Assembly: GCA_034521595.1 (NCBI GenBank) | Contig: JAXHMG010000003.1 | Coordinates: 2,528,001 to 2,592,000, forward strand | DNA: 64,000 nucleotides | Direction: 5' to 3' | Origin: Gemmatimonadota bacterium | Lineage (GTDB): Bacteria; Gemmatimonadota; Gemmatimonadetes; Longimicrobiales; Gaopeijiaceae | Part shown: piece after piece, positions 20,428-29,514 of the stretch | Position numbering within the stretch: position 1 is the stretch's first letter | Layout: each line of letters begins with the position of its first letter | Position numbers and translations under genes: made by a program | Notes under the pieces: model-generated | What the model saw: the letters and a program-made list of their open reading frames with translations, nothing else | Databases searched by the model: none | What the model was told of the DNA's origin: nothing

Positions 20428-21687
20428 GTGGACATCGCAGAGCTCAAGAGCAAGAGCCTCGGGGAGTTACACGACCTGGCGGGCGAGCTGAACATCAGCG
20501 ACGCCGAGAATCTCCGCAAGCCGGACCTGATCTCCAAGATCGAGGCGGGGCTGTCGTCCACCGAAGTCGGTCTGCGGGGTGAGGGCGTCCTCGAGGTGCT
20601 TTCCGAGGGATATGGGTTCCTCCGCTCCACGGAGTGGAACTACACGGCCGGCCCCGACGACATCTACGTGAGCCCGTCTCAGATCAAGCGCTTCGGTCTG
20701 CGAACCGGGGACGGAGTCACGGGGCAGGTCCGCCCCCCGAAGGACGGCGAACGGTATCTGGCGCTCCTCAAGGTCGAAGCGATCAACGGGCTCGACCCCG
20801 AATCGGCTTCAGGCCGGCAGGACTTCGAGGAGCTGCGGCCGCAATACCCGTCGGAGCGCCTGCGCCTGGAGGTTGCGGGAGCGGGAGGCAGCCTGGCGAT
20901 GCGGGTCATCGACCTGATCGCCCCGGTCGGGAAGGGCCAGCGCGGCCTGATCGTGTCGCCCCCGAAAGCGGGAAAGACGACGATCCTTCAGCAGATGGCC
21001 AACGCGGTCACCCGGAATGCTCCGGACGTGACCCTTTTCGTGCTCCTCATCGACGAGCGCCCCGAAGAGGTTTCGGACATGCGCGCGCAGGTGGACGCGG
21101 AAGTGCTCGCCTCGACCTTCGACGAGCCCACGGACCACCACGTGGAGGTCGCGGAGATGGTGCTCAACCGGGCCAAGCGACTGGTCGAGCACGGCAAGGA
21201 CGTCGTGATCCTCCTGGATTCCATCACGCGCCTCGCGCGCGCTTACAACGCGACCGTCCCGCACTCGGGGAAGATCCTGTCCGGGGGTATCGACGCCAAC
21301 GCCCTCCAGAAGCCGAAGCGATTCTTCGGATCCGCCCGCGACATCGAAAATGGGGGCTCGCTGACCATCGTGGCCACGGCGCTCATCGAGACGGGGAGCC
21401 GCATGGACGAGGTGATCTTCGAAGAGTTCAAGGGAACGGGGAACATGGAGCTGGTCCTCGACCGGCAGATCTCGGACCGCCGGATCTTCCCTGCCATCAA
21501 CCTGAACAAGTCGAGCACCCGGAAGGAAGAGCTGCTTCTGAGCGAGACGGAGCTCAACCGCGTCTACCTGCTCCGCCATTTCCTCGCCGACATGCCGCCG
21601 CCGGAAGCGATCGAGTTCTTGCTGGCCCGCATGGGGGAGACGGCGAGCAATCGGGAATTCCTGGACGCCATGGCGAAGGGGGAGTAG
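20428..21687 (+). CDS. rho: Transcription termination factor Rho
   Basis: [42 protein letters not shown]. Confidence 0.97.
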   Translation: MDIAELKSKSLGELHDLAGELNISDAENLRKPDLISKIEAGLSSTEVGLRGEGVLEVLSEGYGFLRSTEWNYTAGPDDIYVSPSQIKRFGLRTGDGVTGQVRPPKDGERYLALLKVEAINGLDPESASGRQDFEELRPQYPSERLRLEVAGAGGSLAMRVIDLIAPVGKGQRGLIVSPPKAGKTTILQQMANAVTRNAPDVTLFVLLIDERPEEVSDMRAQVDAEVLASTFDEPTDHHVEVAEMVLNRAKRLVEHGKDVVILLDSITRLARAYNATVPHSGKILSGGIDANALQKPKRFFGSARDIENGGSLTIVATALIETGSRMDEVIFEEFKGTGNMELVLDRQISDRRIFPAINLNKSSTRKEELLLSETELNRVYLLRHFLADMPPPEAIEFLLARMGETASNREFLDAMAKGE

Positions 21688-21695
21688 ACGGGGGT

Positions 21696-21799
21696 GTCGG
21701 TTCGCGGGCGCGGGACGCTCCGCTCTGGGCATCTTTCCCGCACCTCCCCCATCCGCACACGATGCAACGGCGCTCCGCGTCCCGCGCCCGCGAACCGAC
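21696..21799 (-). repeat. Structured hairpin element, copy 1 (inverted relative to copies 2 and 3)
   Basis: 23-bp perfect inverted repeat 21696-21718/21777-21799; shared core GAGCG.CGTTGCATC...GGTGCGG...GATGCCCAGAGCG on the minus strand. Confidence 0.8.
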
Positions 21800-21836
21800 C
21801 ACACCGTTACGGGTGAGGGGTCGGACCTCCGCTCCG

Positions 21837-21949
21837 GTGGGGGCGGCGGGGGAGGCTGGACGCAGAGCGGCGTTGCATCCGGCGGGGGAGGCGGCCGGTG
21901 CGGTGTAGATGCCCAGAGCGACGCGTCCAGCCTCCCCCGGCGGTCCCAC
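21837..21949 (+). repeat. Structured hairpin element, copy 2
   Basis: 17-bp inverted repeat 21847-21863/21923-21939 around the shared core. Confidence 0.85.
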
Positions 21950-22035
21950 AGCTACGGTAGGACGACAACACTCACTCCGGGGGGCCATCAGCTCCACTCG
22001 ACGACCGTACGCCACTCGCTAACGTCACCACCACG

Positions 22036-22153
22036 GTCGGAGCGGCGGGGGAGGCGGGGACGCAGAGCGGCGTTGCATCCGGCGGAGGGAGGCGGCCGGT
22101 GCGGTGTAGATGCCCAGAGCGGCGCGTCCCCGCCTCCCCCGCCGCCATCCCAC
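22036..22153 (+). repeat. Structured hairpin element, copy 3
   Basis: 22-bp inverted repeat 22042-22063/22124-22145; core nearly identical to copy 2. Confidence 0.85.
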
Positions 22154-22196
22154 CAGGGCCGTGGCAGTCACCAGTGCACGGCGTACGGGCGAACTC

Positions 22197-22715
22197 CTAC
22201 TCTTCCAGGATGTCCTCGTAGCGCGGGTTCACGACGAGCTGATCCCCGTCGAAGACCTTCCTGTCCCACGGGAATATGACGTTGGCGTCGGTCGTGAGCG
22301 CGGAGTAGTCCGGCTGATAGCCCGTCGTACGGGCGAAGCTCGTCGCGGTGCGGACCTCGGAGGGGTGCGCGTCGCGCACGGCGGCGAGCGCGAGCCGCAG
22401 GGTGTCGCCGGAGCTGGTGACCTCGTCGACGATCAGCACCCGCTTCCCTTCGATGAGCCGGGGGGCCGCCGAGAGGATCTCCGGACGCTGGCGAACCTCG
22501 TCCCCGTAGTGGCGCGAGATGTTCATCGAGTAGAAGTCGACACGCAGGATCGACGACATCACGGCGCCCGGAATGACTCCGGCCCGCGCGATCCCGATGA
22601 TCGCCTCCGGCGCGTAATCACGCGCGACCTTCAGGGCCAGCGCCCGACAGAGCTCGCCGAACATGGTCCAGTCGAGCTCGAGGTGCTCGGTGGGGAGGGA
22701 ATCAAACGTCGCCAT
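22197..22715 (-). CDS. Type I phosphoribosyltransferase
   Basis: GIARAG, VLIVDEVTSSGDTL PRPP-binding motif, IFPW. Confidence 0.88.
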   Translation of the reverse strand: MATFDSLPTEHLELDWTMFGELCRALALKVARDYAPEAIIGIARAGVIPGAVMSSILRVDFYSMNISRHYGDEVRQRPEILSAAPRLIEGKRVLIVDEVTSSGDTLRLALAAVRDAHPSEVRTATSFARTTGYQPDYSALTTDANVIFPWDRKVFDGDQLVVNPRYEDILEE

Positions 22716-22857
22716 GGGTTGCGTTGCTCCTGCTCGGGTCCGCACGAGCGCCGCTTGCGCTCGCCTCCCGGAACGGCGAAGACCGCGTGCGCGCGAGAGT
22801 GCCGGGGGCCTTAACCTACAACAACCGCTCAGCGGTGACAGTCGGGGCACACCGGCT

Positions 22858-22873
22858 TAGCAGCCCGTGGTAG
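22858..22873 (+). repeat. Solo 16-bp match to the MITE terminus
   Basis: TAGCAGCCCGTGGTAG, identical to 38515-38530. Confidence 0.55.
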
Positions 22874-22913
22874 GGCGCTTGACGGCGTGGTACCGGGCGA
22901 CAAGCTTCGGGCC

Positions 22914-23354
22914 ATGTCCGATTCGATTCCGGCGGAAGCCGAGCGTAAGCTCGAGCAGGCACTCGAAGCGAGTGGCGCGCGGGACCCCCGCGAGTTCTAC
23001 CGGGAGCGACTGCGGGAGCTCAAGCAGAGCGATGCCACGGCCTACGAGCATGCGGTCGCCTACTACCGCGACACGCTGCTCCCGGCGATCGCGAACGGTG
23101 ACCAGGATCCGCTCGACGCTTGGACGGAATACGGGCGCACGCTGGCGGTCGCCTTGGCCCCGGGACGTACGGTACGGATCGACACCACCGGCAAAGCACA
23201 CCCGTACGAACGGCCGAACCGGGCCGATCTCGTCCTCCAGATCCCCGAGGGGAAGGGGCGAGCGGTCCTCATAGCCTTGCCGCCCCAGCCGACCCGCGCA
23301 CAAAGAGCCGCCTACGACGTCCTGGTCGCAGGCAAGACCCGCACGACTGACTGA
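22914..23354 (+). CDS. Hypothetical protein
   Basis: MSDSIPAEAERKLEQAL...; helical, protein-like; divergent from the PRTase. Confidence 0.7.
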   Translation: MSDSIPAEAERKLEQALEASGARDPREFYRERLRELKQSDATAYEHAVAYYRDTLLPAIANGDQDPLDAWTEYGRTLAVALAPGRTVRIDTTGKAHPYERPNRADLVLQIPEGKGRAVLIALPPQPTRAQRAAYDVLVAGKTRTTD

Positions 23355-23438
23355 CCGGATCTCGCGTGCCCTCGAGCGCGACCGAGCGCACTCCAGCGAG
23401 GCATCGCAATCACGGGGCGGGCCCGGTCCGAGACCCCG

Positions 23439-23933
23439 TCAGCCGACGCTCTCGAAGATCCCCGTGTCACGGTTCTTCCGAACGTTGTCCCACGGGAAGA
23501 TCCGTCCATTCATGACGATGTAGACACCCGGATCGAGGATCTGCACGGCGGTGAGGGCGCCCCCCAGATTGAACAGTCCGTCCGAGGAACCGAACGTGAT
23601 CGGAATCATCGCTCCGGTCATCACGATCGTACGGTCCGGGACGGCGCGGGCCAGGGCGGCGGCGGTATCGACCATGGTATCGGTCCCGTGCGTGATTACG
23701 ATGTGGCGCTCGGGCACTCGGGCGCAGTTCCGCGCGACGGTCTCCCGGTCGGCGTCCGTCATCTCGAGGGAGTCGATCATCATCAAAGTCCGGACACGCA
23801 CGTCGAGCCGGCACCGTCCCATCTCGAGCATCTGAGGCAGGTGCGTGTCACTGAACTGGAGGGTCCCGTGGATCTCGTCGTACTCCTTGTCGAAGGTCCC
23901 CCCGGTGACGAACAACCTGATGGGTGGAGACAT
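23439..23933 (-). CDS. Short single-domain L-asparaginase
   Basis: TGGTFDK, DSLEM, THGTDTM, TGAM; no C-terminal domain. Confidence 0.88.
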   Translation of the reverse strand: MSPPIRLFVTGGTFDKEYDEIHGTLQFSDTHLPQMLEMGRCRLDVRVRTLMMIDSLEMTDADRETVARNCARVPERHIVITHGTDTMVDTAAALARAVPDRTIVMTGAMIPITFGSSDGLFNLGGALTAVQILDPGVYIVMNGRIFPWDNVRKNRDTGIFESVG

Positions 23934-23949
23934 CACGCCCGCGCCCCGC

Positions 23950-24927
23950 TCATTCGAAGGCGTCCGGCACCACCTCGTACATCTTCGAGGCCATCTGGTC
24001 CGCCGAACACATCGTGGACAGGTCGAGCTCGAAGTCGGGGCGCTCGGACGGTTGGAGCTTCCCGAGGAGCTCCCGGATCTCACGGGCGGAGAGGCCCAGC
24101 CCGGCCAGCTCCTCGTGGCCGAGCGCAGCTCCGTCGCGGACCCGGATGCCGTCGTCCGTCGGCTCGAGCAGGCGCGCCAAGGCGTTGCGCTCGGCCAAGC
24201 TGAGCGGCTCACCGCCCAGGTCGTAGTCGATCCAGGCCTCGTAGCTGAGCGGAGCCACACGCTTGACCATGGCCGCGATCACCTCCGCGAAAGCGCGGAT
24301 CTCGTACTGCGCGCGGGGATCGACGCGCAGCGAGAGGAAGTGCAGCAGGTTGTGGAGATCGATCTTCCAGTACCACTGCGTATAGGTCGAGACGGGAAGG
24401 TCGATGCGGGCGATCTCGCGCGCGACATCCTCCTCGAGCAGCCATCCGTAGGTCCCCCCCGCATCGGTCCGGAGGCGCTCCCAGCGCTCGACGGCCTCCC
24501 GATACACCTCGGGCGGCGCGCCGGCGTCCCGCCCCTGCTTGTTGGTGCGGCTCTGGAGGGCGAAATGTTCTTCGTCGGGCGTGTAGAAGAGGAGCGGCAT
24601 CAGGGAGTACCGGGCGGAGAGCTCGTTGACCGACGCCGTACGATGCCGGATCCACTGGCGAGCGACGAACATCGGCATCGCACAGTGGAACTTGAGCTCC
24701 ACCATCTCCGAGGGCGTGGTGTGGCGGTGCCGCCGCAAGAATCGGAGCAGGCCTCTCGTTTGGGACACTTTACGCGTCCCGAATCCGTAGCTCACCCGAG
24801 CGGCGCGCTCCACGTCCCCGTCGGACCCCATGTAGTCCACGAGTGCGACGAATCCGTGGTCCAACACGGGAAAATAGCCACCGACGATCTCCTCGGCGGC
24901 GGCGGTGGTCGGGCGTCGGGTTTCCAT
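23950..24927 (-). CDS. thyX: FAD-dependent thymidylate synthase
   Basis: AARVSYG, RHRHTTP, RQWIRHRTASVNELSARY, AQYEIR. Confidence 0.95.
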   Translation of the reverse strand: METRRPTTAAAEEIVGGYFPVLDHGFVALVDYMGSDGDVERAARVSYGFGTRKVSQTRGLLRFLRRHRHTTPSEMVELKFHCAMPMFVARQWIRHRTASVNELSARYSLMPLLFYTPDEEHFALQSRTNKQGRDAGAPPEVYREAVERWERLRTDAGGTYGWLLEEDVAREIARIDLPVSTYTQWYWKIDLHNLLHFLSLRVDPRAQYEIRAFAEVIAAMVKRVAPLSYEAWIDYDLGGEPLSLAERNALARLLEPTDDGIRVRDGAALGHEELAGLGLSAREIRELLGKLQPSERPDFELDLSTMCSADQMASKMYEVVPDAFE

Positions 24928-25027
24928 GGCGCTGGGGATCGGGGAGAAGAGGTCGTTCGAATCTCGACCGGCGGCACGCTCGACGGAAGGGATGGACGCG
25001 AGCCGGAAACCCCGCACCGCCGGAGGA

Positions 25028-26884
25028 TCAGAACGTCTCGGGGCCCAGAGCGAACCACCGGCTCCGGCGCACCTCGGGGTTGAAGAAGCCGGAGCGGAAC
25101 TTGTTCAGCTCGAAGGTGACCCGGAAGATCGGGTCCGAGCCGACAGAGCCGACGGGAAAAACCACGTCGGCGCGCCAGATGTTGCGGGTTCCCGCCGGCA
25201 GCCCGATCCGCAGGCCGAAGCCGACCGAGCCCTGCCATCCGGAATCGACACCGTAAGGCACGTCCCCCGGCAGGACCCGTCCTGCCTCGCCGAACACGGT
25301 CGCGCCGAGGTCCGCCGTGTTCGGCCCGGGCCAGCCGAACGCGATCCGGTCCTCGAGCACGAACAGCAGCATGCGTCCGCCCGGCAACAGGTCCTCCGGC
25401 AACGCTCGCACTCCTTCGCGCCCCCCGAGGCTGAGCTGGTAGGGCACCGTGGTGTTCCATCCCCCTCCGACCGACGCACGCGCGAACCACGTTTGGCCCG
25501 GCAAATAGCCGCTCCGTCCGTAGAAGACCAGGTCCGCGGCCCCGAGGACGTCTTCCCATCGCCCGTTCGCCCACCGACCCTCGAGGGTAGTGCCCCCGTG
25601 CAGCAGCGACCGGCCCAGAGGAGCGGTGAAGCTGGCATGCACGCGACCGGCCAGGTCGTCCAGGCGTTCCACACCGGACGGCGCGAAGGCGGGGATTCCC
25701 TGGGCCAAGCTGATGCCCGCGAACATTCCGAGTCCAACCGTCTGCCGATCGCGCACGCCGTCGAGCCCGACGTACTCCTCGTACCGGAACCTGCGGGTAC
25801 CGAGATGGATCCCGAGCCGCGTCGCCGCCGTCGGTCGCCACTGCCTCGCCATGGCAACGGGAGGCTCACCCTCCAGCGGTAGCCGCTCGTCATACCCCTC
25901 GCCCAGCGTGATCTCGGGCACTCCGTCGTAGCGCGAGACGTCACGGGTCAGGCTGCCGCCCACGATGATCGACGCCCCCGGCTCTCCGAACCGGTGCGCC
26001 GCGGAGAGCTCGATCTCGTCGCGGAAGACCGGCACGAGCACGCGCGTGTGCTGCTCCCTTCCGCCGGTCGAATACCCGAAGAAGTCCGAGCCGCGCGAAT
26101 AACCCTCCCGCAGCGCCCACTGCCCGGCCTCCCCGAGGAACGGGTACCGGACATGCTGCTCGAAGAAGGGGCCCGACCTCGAACGCCCCCCTGCGATCCC
26201 GGCGTCCACCCTCCCGAAGAAGCGAGGCGTGGACACCCCGAACTCGTGCGTGCGCACCTCCCGGCGCTCCACGTACGTGAACTCACCGAAGACGCCCTGA
26301 CCGAGGAAGTTCTCCTCAGTCACCTGGAGCTTCTCGACGTTCGTACCCTCGTCGTAGGTCACCCCCAAGTCGACCTTCGTGGACCATTCGTCCCGGGTGG
26401 TGACGGAAGCCACGTGTCCCCCGTTGCCGTCCGACCTCGACTCGACTCGGGCGGATGCGAGGAATCCGTATTGGTCCAGGAGCCGCTCGGACTCGGACAG
26501 CAGGAACGGATCGAGGCAGTCCCCCTCCTCGAACAGGAGCTCCCTTTCGATGAACGATTCCTGGGTGTTCACGTGCAGCAGGTTGGCGAACCCGTACGCC
26601 AGGGCGAGGGGCGTGAACGGAGTTCCCTCCGGATCGAAGATGGATCGGCTTTCGACCTCGATCGCGGTGATCCGACCACTCGTGCAGACATCGTCGACCG
26701 TCAGCGTGCTGATGTCGCGGTCGGGGCCGCCGGATGCGTCGTCCTGGGCGGCGCCGGACACCGGCAGCGCGAGCATGCACCACGACGCGAGCAGCATCGA
26801 CCACGCGGGCACGGGAGCGCGGGACGGTCGAGGGCGGTGGGCGGCGAAGCCCACGAGCGTTCGTATCGAATCGGGATGCATCAC
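25028..26884 (-). CDS. Outer-membrane beta-barrel protein, Omp85 (BamA/TamA)-like
   Basis: Signal-peptide-like segment ending SGAAQ, POTRA-like T..SFIERELLFEEG...ESERLL, EENFLGQG, LGGREGVR, GFGLR, terminal Phe; start uncertain. Confidence 0.75.
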   Translation of the reverse strand: MMHPDSIRTLVGFAAHRPRPSRAPVPAWSMLLASWCMLALPVSGAAQDDASGGPDRDISTLTVDDVCTSGRITAIEVESRSIFDPEGTPFTPLALAYGFANLLHVNTQESFIERELLFEEGDCLDPFLLSESERLLDQYGFLASARVESRSDGNGGHVASVTTRDEWSTKVDLGVTYDEGTNVEKLQVTEENFLGQGVFGEFTYVERREVRTHEFGVSTPRFFGRVDAGIAGGRSRSGPFFEQHVRYPFLGEAGQWALREGYSRGSDFFGYSTGGREQHTRVLVPVFRDEIELSAAHRFGEPGASIIVGGSLTRDVSRYDGVPEITLGEGYDERLPLEGEPPVAMARQWRPTAATRLGIHLGTRRFRYEEYVGLDGVRDRQTVGLGMFAGISLAQGIPAFAPSGVERLDDLAGRVHASFTAPLGRSLLHGGTTLEGRWANGRWEDVLGAADLVFYGRSGYLPGQTWFARASVGGGWNTTVPYQLSLGGREGVRALPEDLLPGGRMLLFVLEDRIAFGWPGPNTADLGATVFGEAGRVLPGDVPYGVDSGWQGSVGFGLRIGLPAGTRNIWRADVVFPVGSVGSDPIFRVTFELNKFRSGFFNPEVRRSRWFALGPETF

Positions 26885-27001
26885 ACGTTACTCGGAAGGC
26901 ACGGTTCTTCCATGGACGACACGAGGGTTGCCACGGTCGCCCTTGATTGGATACCGTTTTTCGCCCTTTGTGTTGCGTCAGTCCGCGCTCCTACCCACGG
27001 A

Positions 27002-28570
27002 ATGCCAGCATTGATCTCCCTGCTCTACGGCGTCGCCGCCGTGCTCGGTGCAGCGTTCGCCGCCGTCGAGCTACGCATGCTCTACCGGTTCCTGCGGAAC
27101 CGTGCGGCCATCCGTGCCGGAAGCAGCTCGCGCGCTCAAGAACGTCACGCGGATGGTCGCGCGCAAGAGGATCTACCCCCTTCCGTGACCATCCAGTTAC
27201 CGCTCTATAACGAGCGGACCTCGGCGGAGCAAATCGTCCGCGCGGCCGCCGCACAGGATTACCCGCGGGACCGCTTCGACATCCAGGTGCTCGACGACTC
27301 CACGGACGAGACCACGGATATCGTCGCGGCGGTCGTCGACGAGCTTCGAGCCGAAGGCATCCGGATCGAGCACGTCCGACGGGCTCACCGTACAGGGTAC
27401 AAGGCGGGCGCCCTGAGCGAAGGGCTCGAGCGTTCCGACGCGGCGTTCGTGGCCCTGTTCGACGCGGACTTCGTTCCGGAATCCACGTTCCTCCGGCATC
27501 TGCTCCTGGACGCGCGTCCCTTCGACGATCCGTCCGTGGCGTTCGTCCAGGCACGCTGGTCCTGGAACGGCCGAACCGAAGGGCTCCTTCCCTCCGCCCT
27601 CGCGCTGCTCCTCGATCGGCACTTCTCCATTCAGAAGCCGACCCAGGAGTTCGTGGGTAACGTGACCACGTTCAACGGGTCGGCCGGAATCTGGCGGCGT
27701 CGGGCGATCGACGACGCCGGCGGATGGACCGCGGATACGCTCACGGAGGACCTCGACCTGAGCTATCGGTGCGCCCTGCGGGGCTGGCACGGACGTTACC
27801 TCCAGGACGTGCACGTCGCGAACGAGCTTCCGGAGCACATGCGTGCTTTCAAGCTGCAGCAACGCCGGTGGTCCAAAGGCAATGCCCAGTGCTTCAGAAA
27901 GCTCACCGGGCGTGTCGTCGGCTCGAAAGGGATGGTGCGGGATCGCTTGGACGAAGCCTTCGTGCTGGCGGGATACGCCATCCATCCGCTCCTCCTCATG
28001 AGCCTGATCCTGTGGCCCTGGGCGGTCCTGAACGTCAACCGGGTGCTGTTCTGGGGGCTCCAGGGCCTCATGTCCCTGGGCATGATCGCGGCGCTCCTCA
28101 GCTTCCTGATCACGATCCGGGAACGAGACGACCGTTGGTCGATCCGCTCGATCGGCGAAGTGCTGTTCGGCATGGGCGTGGGGATGGGTCTGATGGTCAA
28201 CAACACCGTCGGCCAGATCCAGGGCTTCCTCCAGTCGGGCGGCGAGTTCATGCGGACACCCAAAGGGTCCCAGCACGCGGAAGCCGCCCAAGCCGACGGT
28301 GGTGCGCCCGGTGGCGTCCAGGAACCGAGCGGCGCCCGGTCGCGCGCCCAGGCGGTCGCCACCCGACGTGTGAAGACTCGGCCTCGGGCCTACACGAGTC
28401 CTCTTGATTGGACCTTCTTCGCCGAGCTGCTGGTGATGGGATACTGCGCCCTCGGCGCCGGCTATCTCATTCAGTCGGGCGAGGCGTTCTGGTCCGTGCC
28501 CATGATCATGTGGGCGCTCTGCATGGCCCTGATGGTGCAACAGCAGATGCTGATGCCGCGCACGGCCTGA
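27002..28570 (+). CDS. Processive GT2 glycosyltransferase (cellulose synthase-like)
   Basis: QLPLYNE, DDSTD, KAGAL, FDADF, TEDLDL, QQRRWSKG, C-terminal TMs, FMRTPK. Confidence 0.92.
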   Translation: MPALISLLYGVAAVLGAAFAAVELRMLYRFLRNRAAIRAGSSSRAQERHADGRAQEDLPPSVTIQLPLYNERTSAEQIVRAAAAQDYPRDRFDIQVLDDSTDETTDIVAAVVDELRAEGIRIEHVRRAHRTGYKAGALSEGLERSDAAFVALFDADFVPESTFLRHLLLDARPFDDPSVAFVQARWSWNGRTEGLLPSALALLLDRHFSIQKPTQEFVGNVTTFNGSAGIWRRRAIDDAGGWTADTLTEDLDLSYRCALRGWHGRYLQDVHVANELPEHMRAFKLQQRRWSKGNAQCFRKLTGRVVGSKGMVRDRLDEAFVLAGYAIHPLLLMSLILWPWAVLNVNRVLFWGLQGLMSLGMIAALLSFLITIRERDDRWSIRSIGEVLFGMGVGMGLMVNNTVGQIQGFLQSGGEFMRTPKGSQHAEAAQADGGAPGGVQEPSGARSRAQAVATRRVKTRPRAYTSPLDWTFFAELLVMGYCALGAGYLIQSGEAFWSVPMIMWALCMALMVQQQMLMPRTA

Positions 28571-28578
28571 GCCGCTCC

Positions 28579-29457
28579 ATGCAGGAACCCGCACGGGGGT
28601 ACCTGACGATGGCGGTCGGTCCCGAGAAGTACCTTCAGCTCGCCGTGGACATGGCCCTTTCGTTGCGCGAGCACACGGGCCACCCGATCGCGCTGGCGGC
28701 CGATCCCGAGCTGGCCGAGTTGGCCGAGTCGCGCTACCAGCCGGTCTTCGACGCGGTCACGCACGTGCCCCGCCGCTTCCGGGACGGGCGGGCGATCAAG
28801 TACGGGGCCGCGGAAGCGTCACCCTTCGCCCAGACCATGTTCGTCGACTCCGACTGCTTCGTGCTGGGCTCGCTCGAGTACCTGTGGGCGGGGTTGGCGG
28901 AGGCGGATGTCGCCATGCTGGGCGAGATGCTCACGGAGCAGGACAACGAGAACCATCACGGCTTCTCGACCCGGCGGCTGATGCGGCGGTTCGCGCTGGA
29001 GCGCTACCTCAAGACGAACAGCGGCGTCTTCTGCTTCCGAACCGAGCCGGCGCGCGAGATCATGGACACTTGCCTCGACACGTTCCTGCGCGAGGTCCGT
29101 CCAAAGCTACGGGGCGGCGTTCTGCGGGGTGGTTGGGTCGGGGACGAGATCGGGTTCGGCGTCGTCGGGGGACGGCTGGGGCTCGGCACCCTCCCCTTTC
29201 CCCAGCCCATGTACTGGCCTCAGGAGTTCGCCGAAATCGACCTCGAACGGCCGGCCAAGCCCCTGCTGCACTTCATCTGGCCCCCCGAGCCCCCCGTGCT
29301 CGGCGCTCTTCTCGACCGCGCCGCCCGGAGGAGGGAATCCGCCCGGGTGCCCTTCGTGGGCCACGACCACTGGCTCGACGAGGTGGCGAACCTGAGACGG
29401 ATGGCGCGCCGGCGGAGGTGGTTGGAGCGACTCCGCATCTGGAAGACACGGGTCTGA
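28579..29457 (+). CDS. Nucleotide-diphospho-sugar transferase-like protein (GT-A, GT8-like)
   Basis: SPFAQTMFVDSD DxD motif, NSGVFCF, GDE. Confidence 0.6.
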   Translation: MQEPARGYLTMAVGPEKYLQLAVDMALSLREHTGHPIALAADPELAELAESRYQPVFDAVTHVPRRFRDGRAIKYGAAEASPFAQTMFVDSDCFVLGSLEYLWAGLAEADVAMLGEMLTEQDNENHHGFSTRRLMRRFALERYLKTNSGVFCFRTEPAREIMDTCLDTFLREVRPKLRGGVLRGGWVGDEIGFGVVGGRLGLGTLPFPQPMYWPQEFAEIDLERPAKPLLHFIWPPEPPVLGALLDRAARRRESARVPFVGHDHWLDEVANLRRMARRRRWLERLRIWKTRV

Positions 29458-29514
29458 CGGCCAGACCACCGGCGGCAGAAGGCCGGTAACCGTGGCCGGG
29501 AGCGCCGAGCACCA

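Noticed and set aside
21696-22153. CRISPR array interpretation of the repeats
   Set aside because: Units exceed 100 bp, one is inverted, spacing is irregular and there are no cas genes
25994-27001. N-terminal extension of the GT2 ORF
   Set aside because: Overlaps the Omp85-like gene on the opposite strand; GT2-like sequence begins near ATG 27002
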